The notes: generated by a model not told the origin, from the sequence alone. DNA of 64,000 nt from Vicinamibacterales bacterium (GCA_963825295.1 CAWGSZ010000002.1:31762-95761), one strand, 5' to 3'. Counted from the first letter of the stretch, positions 44,922-54,238 are shown. Program-made: numbers and translations.

Positions 44922-46054
44922 GGCGCATTCTCTTCGTGATGTGGAAGGAGGTCCTCGAGCTGCGCCAGGACCCGCGCATCTTCGGCATCATTTTCGTGGC
45001 GCCGGTGGTTCAGCTCGCGGTGCTCGGGTACGCCGCCACGACCGACGTGCGCAACGTCCCCATTGTTGTCGTCGACATGGATCGCAGCCGCGGCAGCCGC
45101 GAGCTGGTCAGCCAGTTCACGGGATCCGGTATTTTCGAGATCGTCGACGTCGTCTCGCACGCCGGGGACGTCGATCGCTACCTCGAATCCGGTCGTGCCT
45201 GGATGGCGTTGTCGATACCAGCGCGTTACGGCGAGCGCGTCGCGACCGGACAACCGGCCACGCTGCAGGTGGTGGCGGACGGATCTGACGCGAGCTCGAC
45301 GAACATCGCGATGGGATACGCGACCAATCTCATCGCCGGGTACACCCAGGATCTGGTGGCGCGGCGGGTGCGGGCCGGAGGCGCGTCGCTGCAGGAGGCG
45401 GGCGGATCGGGCATCGAGCCGCGCGTGCGCGTGTGGTTCAACCCGACGCTCGAGAGCCGGTATTTCATGCTGCCCGGCATCTTCGCGCTCCTGCTGCTCG
45501 CCGTGACCTCGAACCTGTCGTCGATGGCGATCGTCCGCGAGCGCGAGATCGGCACGCTCGAACAACTGAATGTGACGCCGCTCGGAAGGTCCGAGCTGAT
45601 TATCGGCAAGCTTCTGCCCTACGGCGCGATCGGGCTGATCGACGTGATCATCGTGCTGATGGTCATCGTGTTCTGGTTCGAGGTGCCCCTGCGCGGCAGC
45701 TTCTGGCTGCTGGTCGCGATGAGCGCGATCTACCTGCTGACCACCCTCGGGCTGGGCCTGTTCGTCTCGACGATCTCGAAGACGCAGCAGCAGGCGATGA
45801 TGACGTCGACCTTTTTCTTCCTGATTCCGATGATGTATCTCTCGGGCTTCGTGTTTCCGATCGAGAACATGCCCGATCTCATTCAGCCGATCACGTACCT
45901 GATTCCACTTCGCTATTTCGTCATCATCCTCCGCGGCATCTTCCTCAAAGGCGTCGGTCTCGAGACGTTGTGGCCCCAGGCGCTGGCGCTGTTTGCGTGG
46001 GGAGTGGCGATTCTGTCGCTGGCGGTCATGCGATCGAGCAAGCGGCTGGCGTGA
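44912..46054 (+). CDS. ABC-2 type transporter permease (paralog)
   Basis: This is the tail of ORF 44567..46054, starting at ATG 44912 (MAVRRILFVMWKEVLELRQDPR). It has the same architecture as the preceding gene. Confidence 0.85.
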   Translation: MAVRRILFVMWKEVLELRQDPRIFGIIFVAPVVQLAVLGYAATTDVRNVPIVVVDMDRSRGSRELVSQFTGSGIFEIVDVVSHAGDVDRYLESGRAWMALSIPARYGERVATGQPATLQVVADGSDASSTNIAMGYATNLIAGYTQDLVARRVRAGGASLQEAGGSGIEPRVRVWFNPTLESRYFMLPGIFALLLLAVTSNLSSMAIVREREIGTLEQLNVTPLGRSELIIGKLLPYGAIGLIDVIIVLMVIVFWFEVPLRGSFWLLVAMSAIYLLTTLGLGLFVSTISKTQQQAMMTSTFFFLIPMMYLSGFVFPIENMPDLIQPITYLIPLRYFVIILRGIFLKGVGLETLWPQALALFAWGVAILSLAVMRSSKRLA

Positions 46055-46073
46055 AGGCGAGCCAAAGCCAAAC

Positions 46074-46148
46074 AAGAGATTAAGAGATTAGAAGAATAGA
46101 ATCTGTTCAGAAAAGACTCGTCGTCTTCTGATTCTTCTGACCTTCTGT
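46074..46148. repeat. 8-bp array AAGAGATT/AGAAGAAT, 4 copies, then TCTTCTGA-type units, 3 copies (same family as 22266-22320)
   Basis: aagagatt aagagatt agaagaat agaatctg, ttcagaaaagactcgtcg, tcttctga ttcttctga ccttctgt. It is preceded by gccaaa gccaaa. Confidence 0.85.
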
Positions 46149-46172
46149 TTAACCGGTGATACGCTCTTCGGG

Positions 46173-47675
46173 ATGTCTGAGACCGCCATCCTCGAACGGC
46201 TTCGACTGGCGACGGAATTTCTGAACGCGGTTGCCGACGACCGATCGGTGCTGAACGGCGTAGACCGGGAAGAGCGGCATCGTTTTCTACGGGCGGTGGC
46301 GCGCGTCTACAGTCCCGAGCGCGCGGAGCGCCGGCTGATGAAACGCGCGGCGGCGCGCGATCGCAGGGCGGCGCGTAACAAGGCCGAACAGGCCAAACGA
46401 TCCGAGACCGGCATCCAGGCGCTTCGGCGCAAGCCAATCTTTCACTCGCCGAACGTGTTCCCCCCCCCGCGCTTTCAGCAGCAGGATGTCGAGGACGAAG
46501 TGGCCCCTGAAGAATCGGCTGCGCCCGGTGTCGCCAGGACCATCGAGCCTCGCCACTGCTACGTCTGCAAGCAGGCGTACGACGAGATTCACCATTTCTA
46601 CGATCAGATGTGTCCAGCGTGCGCCGAGCTGAACTTCGCGAAGCGCACCGAGCTGGCCGATCTCGGCGGCCGTGTCGCCCTGCTCACCGGAGGGCGCGTG
46701 AAGATCGGCTATCAGGCCGGGCTCAAGCTGCTCCGGTCGGGCGCGCATTTGATCGTCACCACCCGTTTTCCGCGCGATTCCGCGGCGCGCTATTCGCGCG
46801 AGCCCGACTTTGGCGAGTGGGGCCACCGGCTGGAGATCTTCGGTCTCGACCTCCGGCACACACCCAGCGTCGAAGCGTTCTGCCGCGAGATGTTGCGGAC
46901 TCACCGGCGGCTCGACTTCATCGTCAACAACGCGTGCCAGACCGTGCGGCGGCCGCCCGCGTTCTACGCGCACATGATGGAAGGGGAGCGCGCGGCGCTC
47001 ACAGGCCTGCCCGAACACTCGCTGAAGCTCGTCGGCGAGTACGAACGTCCGGCCGCGGCCGTTCCGGGAGTCGCGCATGCCCCGAGCCTGTCGCAGGTGC
47101 CCCTGCTCGTCGAAGAGCTCGTTTCACAAAACGAGCTGTTCCCGGCGGGCCAGCTCGATCAGGATCTGCAGCAGGTCGATCTGCGCGGACGCAACTCGTG
47201 GCGGCTTCTGCTGCATGAGGTGCCGACCGTCGAGCTGCTCGAAGTGCAGCTCGTCAACGCCATCGCGCCGTTCATCCTGAACGCCCGGCTGAAGCCGCTG
47301 ATGACCCTGACGCCGGATCGCGATAAACACATCGTCAACGTGTCGGCGATAGAGGGCCAGTTCTATCGCCGGTTCAAGACCACGCGTCATCCGCACACGA
47401 ACATGGCGAAGGCGGCGCTCAACATGATGACGCGTACATCGGCCACCGACTATCACCACGACGGGATCCACATGAACAGCGTGGACACCGGCTGGGTAAC
47501 CGACGAGGATCCGGTGGAGATCGCCGCCCGAAAAGAGATCGAGCAGCGCTTCAGCCCGCCCCTCGACAGCGTCGACGGCGGCGCCCGCATCGTCGATCCG
47601 ATTATTTCCGGGTTCAACACCGGAAAGCACGTGTGGGGACTGTTTCTGAAGAACTACCAGCCGACCGACTGGTGA
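46173..47675 (+). CDS. SDR family oxidoreductase with a ~150-aa N-terminal extension containing a CxxC...CxxC zinc-ribbon-like motif
   Basis: ORF 46173..47675. The SDR core has the Rossmann motif VALLTGGRVKIGYQAG and the NNAC motif. The N-terminus has a basic coiled-coil-like stretch and CYVCKQAYDEIHHFYDQMCPAC. Confidence 0.75.
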   Translation: MSETAILERLRLATEFLNAVADDRSVLNGVDREERHRFLRAVARVYSPERAERRLMKRAAARDRRAARNKAEQAKRSETGIQALRRKPIFHSPNVFPPPRFQQQDVEDEVAPEESAAPGVARTIEPRHCYVCKQAYDEIHHFYDQMCPACAELNFAKRTELADLGGRVALLTGGRVKIGYQAGLKLLRSGAHLIVTTRFPRDSAARYSREPDFGEWGHRLEIFGLDLRHTPSVEAFCREMLRTHRRLDFIVNNACQTVRRPPAFYAHMMEGERAALTGLPEHSLKLVGEYERPAAAVPGVAHAPSLSQVPLLVEELVSQNELFPAGQLDQDLQQVDLRGRNSWRLLLHEVPTVELLEVQLVNAIAPFILNARLKPLMTLTPDRDKHIVNVSAIEGQFYRRFKTTRHPHTNMAKAALNMMTRTSATDYHHDGIHMNSVDTGWVTDEDPVEIAARKEIEQRFSPPLDSVDGGARIVDPIISGFNTGKHVWGLFLKNYQPTDW

Positions 47676-47676
47676 G

Positions 47677-47775
47677 AAACGGGGTGGGGAGGGGTTTTTT
47701 TGCTGACAGGGATGGCAATGTGCGGTGGCGCAGCCCTTCAGGGCTGTCCCGGGAAAACCCCTCCCGACCCCGTCG
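47677..47775. repeat. Palindromic element: the same ~22-bp arms as 13052-13111, here with a ~55-nt interior
   Basis: The left arm is aaacggggtggggaggggtttt and the right arm is aaaacccctcccgaccccgt (one mismatch). The interior contains the hairpin cagccc ttca gggctg and the 10-mer gatggcaatg, which is shared with the 36587 array. It begins 2 nt after the SDR stop. Confidence 0.85.
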
Positions 47776-47802
47776 TCGCCGTTTTCAGTACACTTGCCTC
47801 AC

Positions 47803-48414
47803 GTGAAACAGCCTGCTCTCATCAAGATTTCGGCCGGCGTCGTCCTGCTGGGCCTGTTCATCTTTCTGTTCGTGCGTTCGCTTCACGACACGCGAACCGC
47901 GCCGTACACGGTGCCGCCGCAGCATCTGCGAACCTGGACGCTGGCGCTCGAGCGCGCGTCCAATCCCAACGATCCGGTTCTTGTCCTGCGGCCTGCCGCC
48001 GAGCTTGCGAGCGGGCTCTTCAAGCAGATATTCGCGCGGTCGATGGAATCGCTGAACACGCCAACGGCGCCGGCCCTGTCGGTCGTATTGAAGAGTGAGT
48101 TCGATCGCGACGTCGGGGATCAGATGCCCGAGGACGCGCTGGTCGCGGCGGCACGCGCCGCCGGGGTCGAGTCGGCTCCGACGCCGCGCTGTCTCGTCCA
48201 CCGTCGCGTCAGCGAGCCCGGCCGTACCCGTCAGGTCTATTTCGTCTCGTTCGACGCGCCTGCCATCGTGCAGTTCCGGCGGCAGCTCGGCCTCGATTCG
48301 GAAGCGCTGTCGCCAATCGTGTTCGTGGCGGGCGCCGACGCCGACTTCAACTCGTGGCTTCCGCAGCGGGTCAGCGAGACCGACTGCCTCGCGCCCATCG
48401 ACATTGGCGACTGA
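47803..48414 (+). CDS. Membrane-anchored hypothetical protein
   Basis: ORF 47725..48414. I prefer GTG 47803 (VKQPALIKISAGVVLLGLFIFLF) because the upstream part lies inside the palindromic element. Confidence 0.5.
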   Translation: MKQPALIKISAGVVLLGLFIFLFVRSLHDTRTAPYTVPPQHLRTWTLALERASNPNDPVLVLRPAAELASGLFKQIFARSMESLNTPTAPALSVVLKSEFDRDVGDQMPEDALVAAARAAGVESAPTPRCLVHRRVSEPGRTRQVYFVSFDAPAIVQFRRQLGLDSEALSPIVFVAGADADFNSWLPQRVSETDCLAPIDIGD

Positions 48415-48986
48415 TGAGCCTGTACGAGATCCCGTTGACGACAATCGACGGCCAGACGGTCACGCTCGATCGCTACCGTGGGAAGAGGCTCCTCATCGTG
48501 AACGTGGCGAGCCGGTGCGGGTTCACCCCTCAATACAAGGGACTGGAAGAGCTCTACCGGCGGCGCAAGGACGATCTCGTCGTCCTCGGGTTCCCCTGCA
48601 ATCAATTCGGCCGTCAGGAGCCTGGCAGCAACGAGGAGATACGCCAGTTCTGCGACGACTATTGCAGCGTGACGTTTCCGCTGTTCGCCAGAATCGAGGT
48701 CAACGGCGCGAACGCGCACCCGCTGTTTCGCTTTCTGAAAGCGGAGAAAAGAGGATTTCTGGGACGCGAAGCGATTGCGTGGAACTTCACGAAGTTCCTC
48801 GTTGGACCCGGCGGCGACGTGCTGAAGCGCTACGGGTCGCGCGTGAAGCCGGAAGCCATCGAGAAGGAGCTGTACGGGTTCGTCAGGTTCGTGAGGTTCG
48901 TGGGTTCGTCAGGTTCGACGAACTTACGAACCGACGAACTTGACGAACCCGACGAACCGACAAGGTATTCTCATGACAGACGATGA
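48414..48986 (+). CDS. gpx: Glutathione peroxidase (Cys type) with a repeat-encoded C-terminal extension
   Basis: This is the tail of ORF 48354..48986, starting at ATG 48414 (TGATG overlap). Motifs: NVASRCGFTPQY, LGFPCNQFGRQEPG and WNFTKFLV. The last ~35 aa (GFVRFVRFVGSSGSTNLRTDELDEPDEPTR...) are translated from the 9-bp array. Confidence 0.85.
   Translation: MSLYEIPLTTIDGQTVTLDRYRGKRLLIVNVASRCGFTPQYKGLEELYRRRKDDLVVLGFPCNQFGRQEPGSNEEIRQFCDDYCSVTFPLFARIEVNGANAHPLFRFLKAEKRGFLGREAIAWNFTKFLVGPGGDVLKRYGSRVKPEAIEKELYGFVRFVRFVGSSGSTNLRTDELDEPDEPTRYSHDRR
48876..48962. repeat. Dyad-symmetric 9-bp array: GGTTCGTNN, 5 copies, then NNACGAACC-type units, 5 copies
   Basis: gggttcgtc aggttcgtg aggttcgtg ggttcgtc aggttcgac, then gaacttac gaaccgac gaacttgac gaacccgac gaaccgaca. 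The arms can pair over about 40 nt. Confidence 0.9.
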
Positions 48987-49566
48987 GACGTTCCACCGCA
49001 TCCTGGTGCTCATCTCGCTGGTGATTTTTCCGATCGCGATCTTCCATCGCATCAAGTCACAGGCGACCGGTGAAAGCCTCGACCGCTGGCAGGAAGGCCC
49101 CTTCATTCTTTTCACGCTGAGAGCGATCGGCGGCGCCACCATGATCGGATTCATCGCGTATCTCGTGAATCCAGCACGGATGGCATGGTCGTCGATGCCG
49201 CTCCCTGTGTGGTTGCGCTGGGTCGGTATCGGACTCGACGTGCTCGCAGGATTGTTGCTCGTCTGGACTTTCCACTGCCTTGGAAAGAACCTCACCGATA
49301 CCGTCGTGACCCGCCGTGAACACACGCTCGTGACCAGGGGACCGTATCGTTGGGTCCGTCATCCGTTCTACGATGCCGTGGCGCTGTTACTGACGGCCAA
49401 TGCCCTCGCGGCGGCCAACTGGTTCTTGTTCGTCGGCGGTGCGCTCGCGCTTGCGCTGATCGTGCTGCGCACGAAAAAGGAAGAGGATCGTCTGGTCGCG
49501 CGGTTCGGCGATTCTTATCGTGATTACATGAATCGCACCGGACGATTCCTCCCGAAGCTGGGATGA
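48973..49566 (+). CDS. Isoprenylcysteine carboxyl methyltransferase (ICMT/PEMT-like) family membrane protein
   Basis: ORF 48940..49566, with the likely ATG at 48973 (MTDDETFHRILVLISL). It has the motif RGPYRWVRHPFY. Confidence 0.75.
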   Translation: MTDDETFHRILVLISLVIFPIAIFHRIKSQATGESLDRWQEGPFILFTLRAIGGATMIGFIAYLVNPARMAWSSMPLPVWLRWVGIGLDVLAGLLLVWTFHCLGKNLTDTVVTRREHTLVTRGPYRWVRHPFYDAVALLLTANALAAANWFLFVGGALALALIVLRTKKEEDRLVARFGDSYRDYMNRTGRFLPKLG

Positions 49567-49570
49567 GATC

Positions 49571-50185
49571 GTGATTAGAGAGACGATCGTAGCGGCGTTG
49601 ATGGCTGCGCAGGCCGGTGCGGCGTGGTCTCACTCGTCGGCCACTCTCCCCGTATCCGCGTCTGTGATGGCGACGGGCATTTACGAGCGCAATACTGCCG
49701 GCGAGACACGGTTGCAGCTCCTCGTGTTGTGGCGTGGGACTCCCGGGTGGTTTCTCAAGGAGAACGGCGGAGGCGGAGGGTCAGGATTTACGTCGGGCGG
49801 TTCCGTGCCATCAGGACGCGGCGTGACGAGCCAGGTGATGGTCGTGCAGGTTCATCAGGGCGGAGTGGCGTTGGAGTTGAAATTCGATGCCGGGCAGGGC
49901 AAGGCCTGGATTCACTCACGTGAAGTGTTACTTGCCGGTGGCAACGTCATCATGGTCGATGCGGTCGATCGACCTGATGGCCCGCTCGTCGGCCGCGTCG
50001 TGCACGTCGAACCGGCAGGAGACAGCAGAGGCGGTGATCGAACGGATGTCGTGCGGCCGCAGACGTTCATCCGGCGCTCTCCTGAGCTTGTGGCCTATCT
50101 GCAATGTGATCGTCAGTTCGACGACCCGCGGCCGTACGTGCAGCAGATGTTGAAAGCGATGTGCGACGCGGTCATGCTGCCGTGA
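49571..50185 (+). CDS. Hypothetical secreted protein
   Basis: ORF 49571..50185 with a GTG start. It has G/C-rich third positions and a signal-like N-terminus. I recognised no motif. Confidence 0.5.
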   Translation: MIRETIVAALMAAQAGAAWSHSSATLPVSASVMATGIYERNTAGETRLQLLVLWRGTPGWFLKENGGGGGSGFTSGGSVPSGRGVTSQVMVVQVHQGGVALELKFDAGQGKAWIHSREVLLAGGNVIMVDAVDRPDGPLVGRVVHVEPAGDSRGGDRTDVVRPQTFIRRSPELVAYLQCDRQFDDPRPYVQQMLKAMCDAVMLP

Positions 50186-50197
50186 CGAACACGCCTG

Positions 50198-51106
50198 ATG
50201 TCCTCATCTGAACAACGAAAAGGTGCCTGGTACGTCGGGCTGGCGTACACGCTCTGGGGCTTCTTTCCGATTTACTGGAAGGTCCTGGCCGGCATCTCGT
50301 CGCTCCAGCTCATCTGCCACCGGATAGTCTGGTCGCTCCTCGTGCTCGCCGTGCTGATCGCGCGATCGAAGGATTGGGGAGAGTTGTGGCAGTCTGTTCG
50401 GACCCCTCGCGTCATCGTCGTCTACACGGTGGCGGCGCTGGCGATTGCCTTCAACTGGCTGGTCTTCGTCTGGGCCGTCAGCGTCAACCAGATCGTGCAG
50501 ATCAGCCTCGGGTACTTCATCAATCCCCTGCTGAGCGTCGTGCTGGGCACGCTGCTCTTCCACGAGCGGCTGCGAAAACTGCAGTGGATATCCGTGGCGC
50601 TGGCGGCCGCCGGCGTGCTGTATCTCACGATCGCCCTGCACGCGCTGCCCTGGATCGCGTTGTCGCTGGCCGCGTCGTTCGGCACGTACGGTCTCATGAA
50701 GAAAATCGCGCCGCTGAGCGCCGTGCATGGGCTGGCGCTCGAGACAGGCATCCTCTTTGTGCCGGCGGCCCTCTACCTGCTGGTCGAGGCGCAGGCAGGA
50801 CGCGGTGCGTTCCCGCATTCAGGACCGCTGCGCGACAGCTTGATGCTCTTGGCGGGTCCGACGACCACGCTGCCGCTGCTGCTGTTTGCGGCGGGAGTCC
50901 GCCGGATTCCGCTGACGCTGGTCGGCATGCTCCAGTACATCAATCCGACGATGCAGATTTCCATCGGCGTGCTGCTCTACAACGAACCATTCACCCGTAT
51001 TCAGCTCATCGGGTTCGGCCTCGTGTGGTTCGCGCTCGCGCTGTTCGCGATCGAAGGATACGCGACGCGACGCTGGCCTCAGCTCGGCGTCACCGACGTG
51101 TCATGA
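50198..51106 (+). CDS. rarD: EamA-family transporter RarD
   Basis: ORF 50198..51106. It has 10 TM segments and the RarD-like N-terminus GLAYTLWGFFPIYWK. Confidence 0.8.
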   Translation: MSSSEQRKGAWYVGLAYTLWGFFPIYWKVLAGISSLQLICHRIVWSLLVLAVLIARSKDWGELWQSVRTPRVIVVYTVAALAIAFNWLVFVWAVSVNQIVQISLGYFINPLLSVVLGTLLFHERLRKLQWISVALAAAGVLYLTIALHALPWIALSLAASFGTYGLMKKIAPLSAVHGLALETGILFVPAALYLLVEAQAGRGAFPHSGPLRDSLMLLAGPTTTLPLLLFAAGVRRIPLTLVGMLQYINPTMQISIGVLLYNEPFTRIQLIGFGLVWFALALFAIEGYATRRWPQLGVTDVS

Positions 51107-51114
51107 ACCGGCGA

Positions 51115-51966
51115 TCACTTTCGCGCGCGAATCGTCAACTGTTTGTCGCGGGCGTTGAACGACACGCTGTCGAACACATGCAACGGCAGCAACCCATCTC
51201 CCTCGAGCCGGTTGCCGGAATCGCGCGAGACGAGCGCCACCGGCTGATCCTTCATCGTCATGTCGCCAAGCTTCAACTCGCGAAGAATCATCGCGCGCGC
51301 ATCTTGTCTGCCGGACAAGCTGTGCACCGACAGGACCGCTGACGCGGGTTCGAGCGGGAGTGCCGTGCGCCCGTCGCGCGCATACAGGACAAAGCCGTTC
51401 GAGCCCGAGTCGGGAACCAGCAGGACCGGAAGACTGCCGTTCGACCCGAGGCGTACGAGATAGCGTCCCTGCTCGGCGACGAGCGGGAGTCGCGTGGCGC
51501 CGTCGCGCGCATCGTCGTCGGTCCATGACAGACGGCGACGGCGGTAATCGAGGGTATAGTTGAAGGCAAACAGGAAGTCCTGGCCGATAATGCCTTCGAT
51601 GTTCTGCCGAATCGCCGCCAGCTGTGCCGAATCTGCAACCGACACAAGAAGGCCGTCAAACCGTACGGTCCCGATGGCCGTCTGATCCAGTTTGACGACC
51701 GGCCGCATCTCACGGCCCGTGGTTGTCGTCACCGGCGTCCTGGCGATGAATTCCAGGTTGAGCCCGTCGGCGAGCGATCGGCTCATCACCGAGTGACTCG
51801 ACCCGGTATCGAGCAGAAACCGAAACGGACCGCGGCCGTTGATGTGCACGGGAACCACGATGGCGCCCGATGCGTCGATCGAAAGCGGCACCCACGACGA
51901 ATCGGCGGTCGCGATCGAGCTCGACACGATGATGAGAAACGCGCTGATGAACGATTTGACGGGCAC
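51115..51966 (-). CDS. Secreted retropepsin-like (clan AA) aspartic protease with two lobes
   Basis: ORF 51115..51996. I prefer GTG 51966 because it is preceded by AAGGAG. It has LLDTGSS in the first lobe and a second DSG motif (LLVPDSGSNG) in the second. Confidence 0.65.
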   Translation of the reverse strand: MPVKSFISAFLIIVSSSIATADSSWVPLSIDASGAIVVPVHINGRGPFRFLLDTGSSHSVMSRSLADGLNLEFIARTPVTTTTGREMRPVVKLDQTAIGTVRFDGLLVSVADSAQLAAIRQNIEGIIGQDFLFAFNYTLDYRRRRLSWTDDDARDGATRLPLVAEQGRYLVRLGSNGSLPVLLVPDSGSNGFVLYARDGRTALPLEPASAVLSVHSLSGRQDARAMILRELKLGDMTMKDQPVALVSRDSGNRLEGDGLLPLHVFDSVSFNARDKQLTIRARK

Positions 51967-52086
51967 AGGCGGCTCCTTTGCTCTTCCAGGAGCCACGATG
52001 CGCTGCGAAGACGGGCCAGGTCGTGAGGCTCAGATGATGATTCGCCGGAGACGTGTGATGTTTCCCCCGGGAGTTATGAGGAAGTT

Positions 52087-54238
52087 GTGATGGCGCCGGA
52101 AGTCCTTGAATTCGGTGACGTTAGGGTCGACCTGCGGCGGCTCTCGGTGTCGCGGGCGGGGCAGCCCGTGTCGCTCGAGCCGAAGACCTTCGACGTGCTC
52201 CGCTACCTCCTCGAACATCGCGATCGGCTGGTGACCAAGGACGAGCTGCTCGACGTGGTCTGGAAGGACACGTTTGTCACGCCCAACGTCCTGACCCGCG
52301 CGATCGCGCAAATGCGCAAGGCGCTGGGAGACGACGCGTTCGAAGCCAGGTACGTCGAAACGGTCGCCAAACGCGGCTACCGGTTTATCGCTCCAGTGGA
52401 GACCGGCCACGCGCCATCGGCCCCATCGTCTGTATCCGCGGCCGAACCCGTTGTCGGAGGGATTTCCTTACCCCAGACCGCCGCCGGGTCGCGGCGTCCA
52501 AGCCTTGCGGCGTTTGCGATAACCGCACTGCTCCTTACCGACGGCATCGGCGTCTACGCCTTCCGGGGCCGTGGTTCAACTGCGGCCGTCGATCAAACGA
52601 CCACGCTGTCTCTTTCACCACGCCGGTTCACGACCGGGAGTCATTCCTACGCGTTTCCGTCGATCTCGCAGGACGGACGGACCGTTGCCTATTCGTCCGA
52701 TCAGACCGGCTCGATGGAGATCTACACCGCGGGGTTTAGCGCGGGCAGCAAAGAGACGGCGCTGACGAGCGACGGCGGGCAAAACATGGATGCGGAATGG
52801 TCGCCCGACGGCCAGTGGATTGCCTACCACTCCCGGAAGAAGGGCGGCATCTGGGTCGTGCCATCCGGCGGTGGCAGCCCGCGCCAGGTCGTCGATTTCG
52901 GTTCGCAGCCTGCCTGGACGCCCGACGGACAGCACATCGTCTTTACGTCGGGCGCGGGAGGCATGGCGGCGCAGTCAGTGCTGTGGAGTGTTGACCGCGA
53001 AGGACGACAACGCCGGCAGATAACTAAGCTGGGCGCGCCGAAAGGCGGCCATGCGGCTCCCGCGGTGTCGCCGGGCGGGCGGTTGGTGGCATTTACTGTT
53101 TCGCGCGGTGTCATCGGTACCGAAATCTGGGTGGCGTCGATGGACGGGGGCGACCTGACGATGCTGGGGGTTGGTAAATCCCCGTGCTTCTCGCCGCAGG
53201 GCGGCGCAGCCTATTGGATAGGATCGACCAAGGGAGCGGACAGCGACGCGTTGATGCGAATGCGCATCAGCGAGCGAAGTGTGACTGTTGGCGAGCCCGA
53301 GATGATTCAGTCATTCACTGGAAACGTCGTGGGCGGATTGTCGATCGCGCGCGATGGCAGCGCTGTCGTGTCGCTGCACCAGACCTCCGCGAACCTCTGG
53401 TCCGTTGATGTTCCGGCGTCAGGAACCGCTCCCGCGTCCTCGAAAGCGCTCACTCAGGATGATGTTTTCAACTCCTATCCGACGCACTCGAGCGACGGAC
53501 GTGTGGCGTACCATCAGTTGGCCGCGGGGCAGACGCCAACCTCGTGGAGCATCAACGAGGATGGCAGTCAGCGCGAGCTGTTGACGGTAGGCTTGAAGGT
53601 TGGGGTCTGGGCACCTCAATGGACGCCCGACAACAAGCGTCTCTTCGTGATGACGGCCTCGCCTGACACCAAGCCCGACTTCGCCTGGCTCGATGTGGCC
53701 ACACGCCAACTCTCTCCGATCATGCCTGCCGATGGAGGGCTCAACCCGCAGCTCTCGCCAGACGGCAAACAGATCGCCTTCCATGTCATCGACGAAGGTG
53801 GGGTTCTCAACGTCTGGACGCAGGTGCTTGGCAGCGGATCGAGAAAGCAGGTGACCTTCGACGCCGAGGCGATGTCGTATCCAGCGTGGTCTCCAGACGG
53901 AAGAACCCTGGCGGTCGAGATCAAGCGCGGCGATCACACCCACATCGGCGTCGTACCGAAAGACGGCGGTCCGGTCGAAATGCTCGTCACCGCGCAGGGC
54001 CAGAGCTGGCCGCACTCGTGGGCGCCCGACAACGATCGTATTGCATTTGCGGGGGAGCGCGACGGTGTCTGGAACATTTACACCGTTTCGCGGTCGACGA
54101 AGGAAGTCCGTCAGATCACCAACTTCACGTCGGTCAACGGCTACGTGAGATATCCGAGCTGGTCTCCGGACGCGTTCGATGATTGTCTTCGTGCGCGCCG
54201 AACACCGCGGCATCCTCTGGACACTAAAACTCCCATGA
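52087..54238 (+). CDS. Membrane-bound winged-helix (OmpR/CadC-type) DNA-binding protein with a periplasmic TolB-like beta-propeller, apparent frameshift near the 3' end
   Basis: It has the N-terminal wHTH ([30 protein letters not shown]...[10 protein letters not shown]), one TM helix, and many SPDG propeller repeats. After WSPD (about 54169-54175) a 1-nt shift reads [21 protein letters not shown] and stops at 54236-54238. The listed ORF 52087..55221 is an artificial fusion to the next gene. Confidence 0.75.

Noticed and set aside
48903-48925. A tRNA T-arm-like GGTTCGA motif.
   Set aside because: It is part of the 9-bp tandem array. There is no acceptor stem, anticodon arm or D-arm context. 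I saw no other tRNA-like GTTCRANYC context in the window.
48414-48986. Selenocysteine recoding in glutathione peroxidase or in the molybdopterin subunit.
   Set aside because: The Gpx active site is encoded by TGC (Cys) in NVASRCGFT. No in-frame TGA interrupts either gene.
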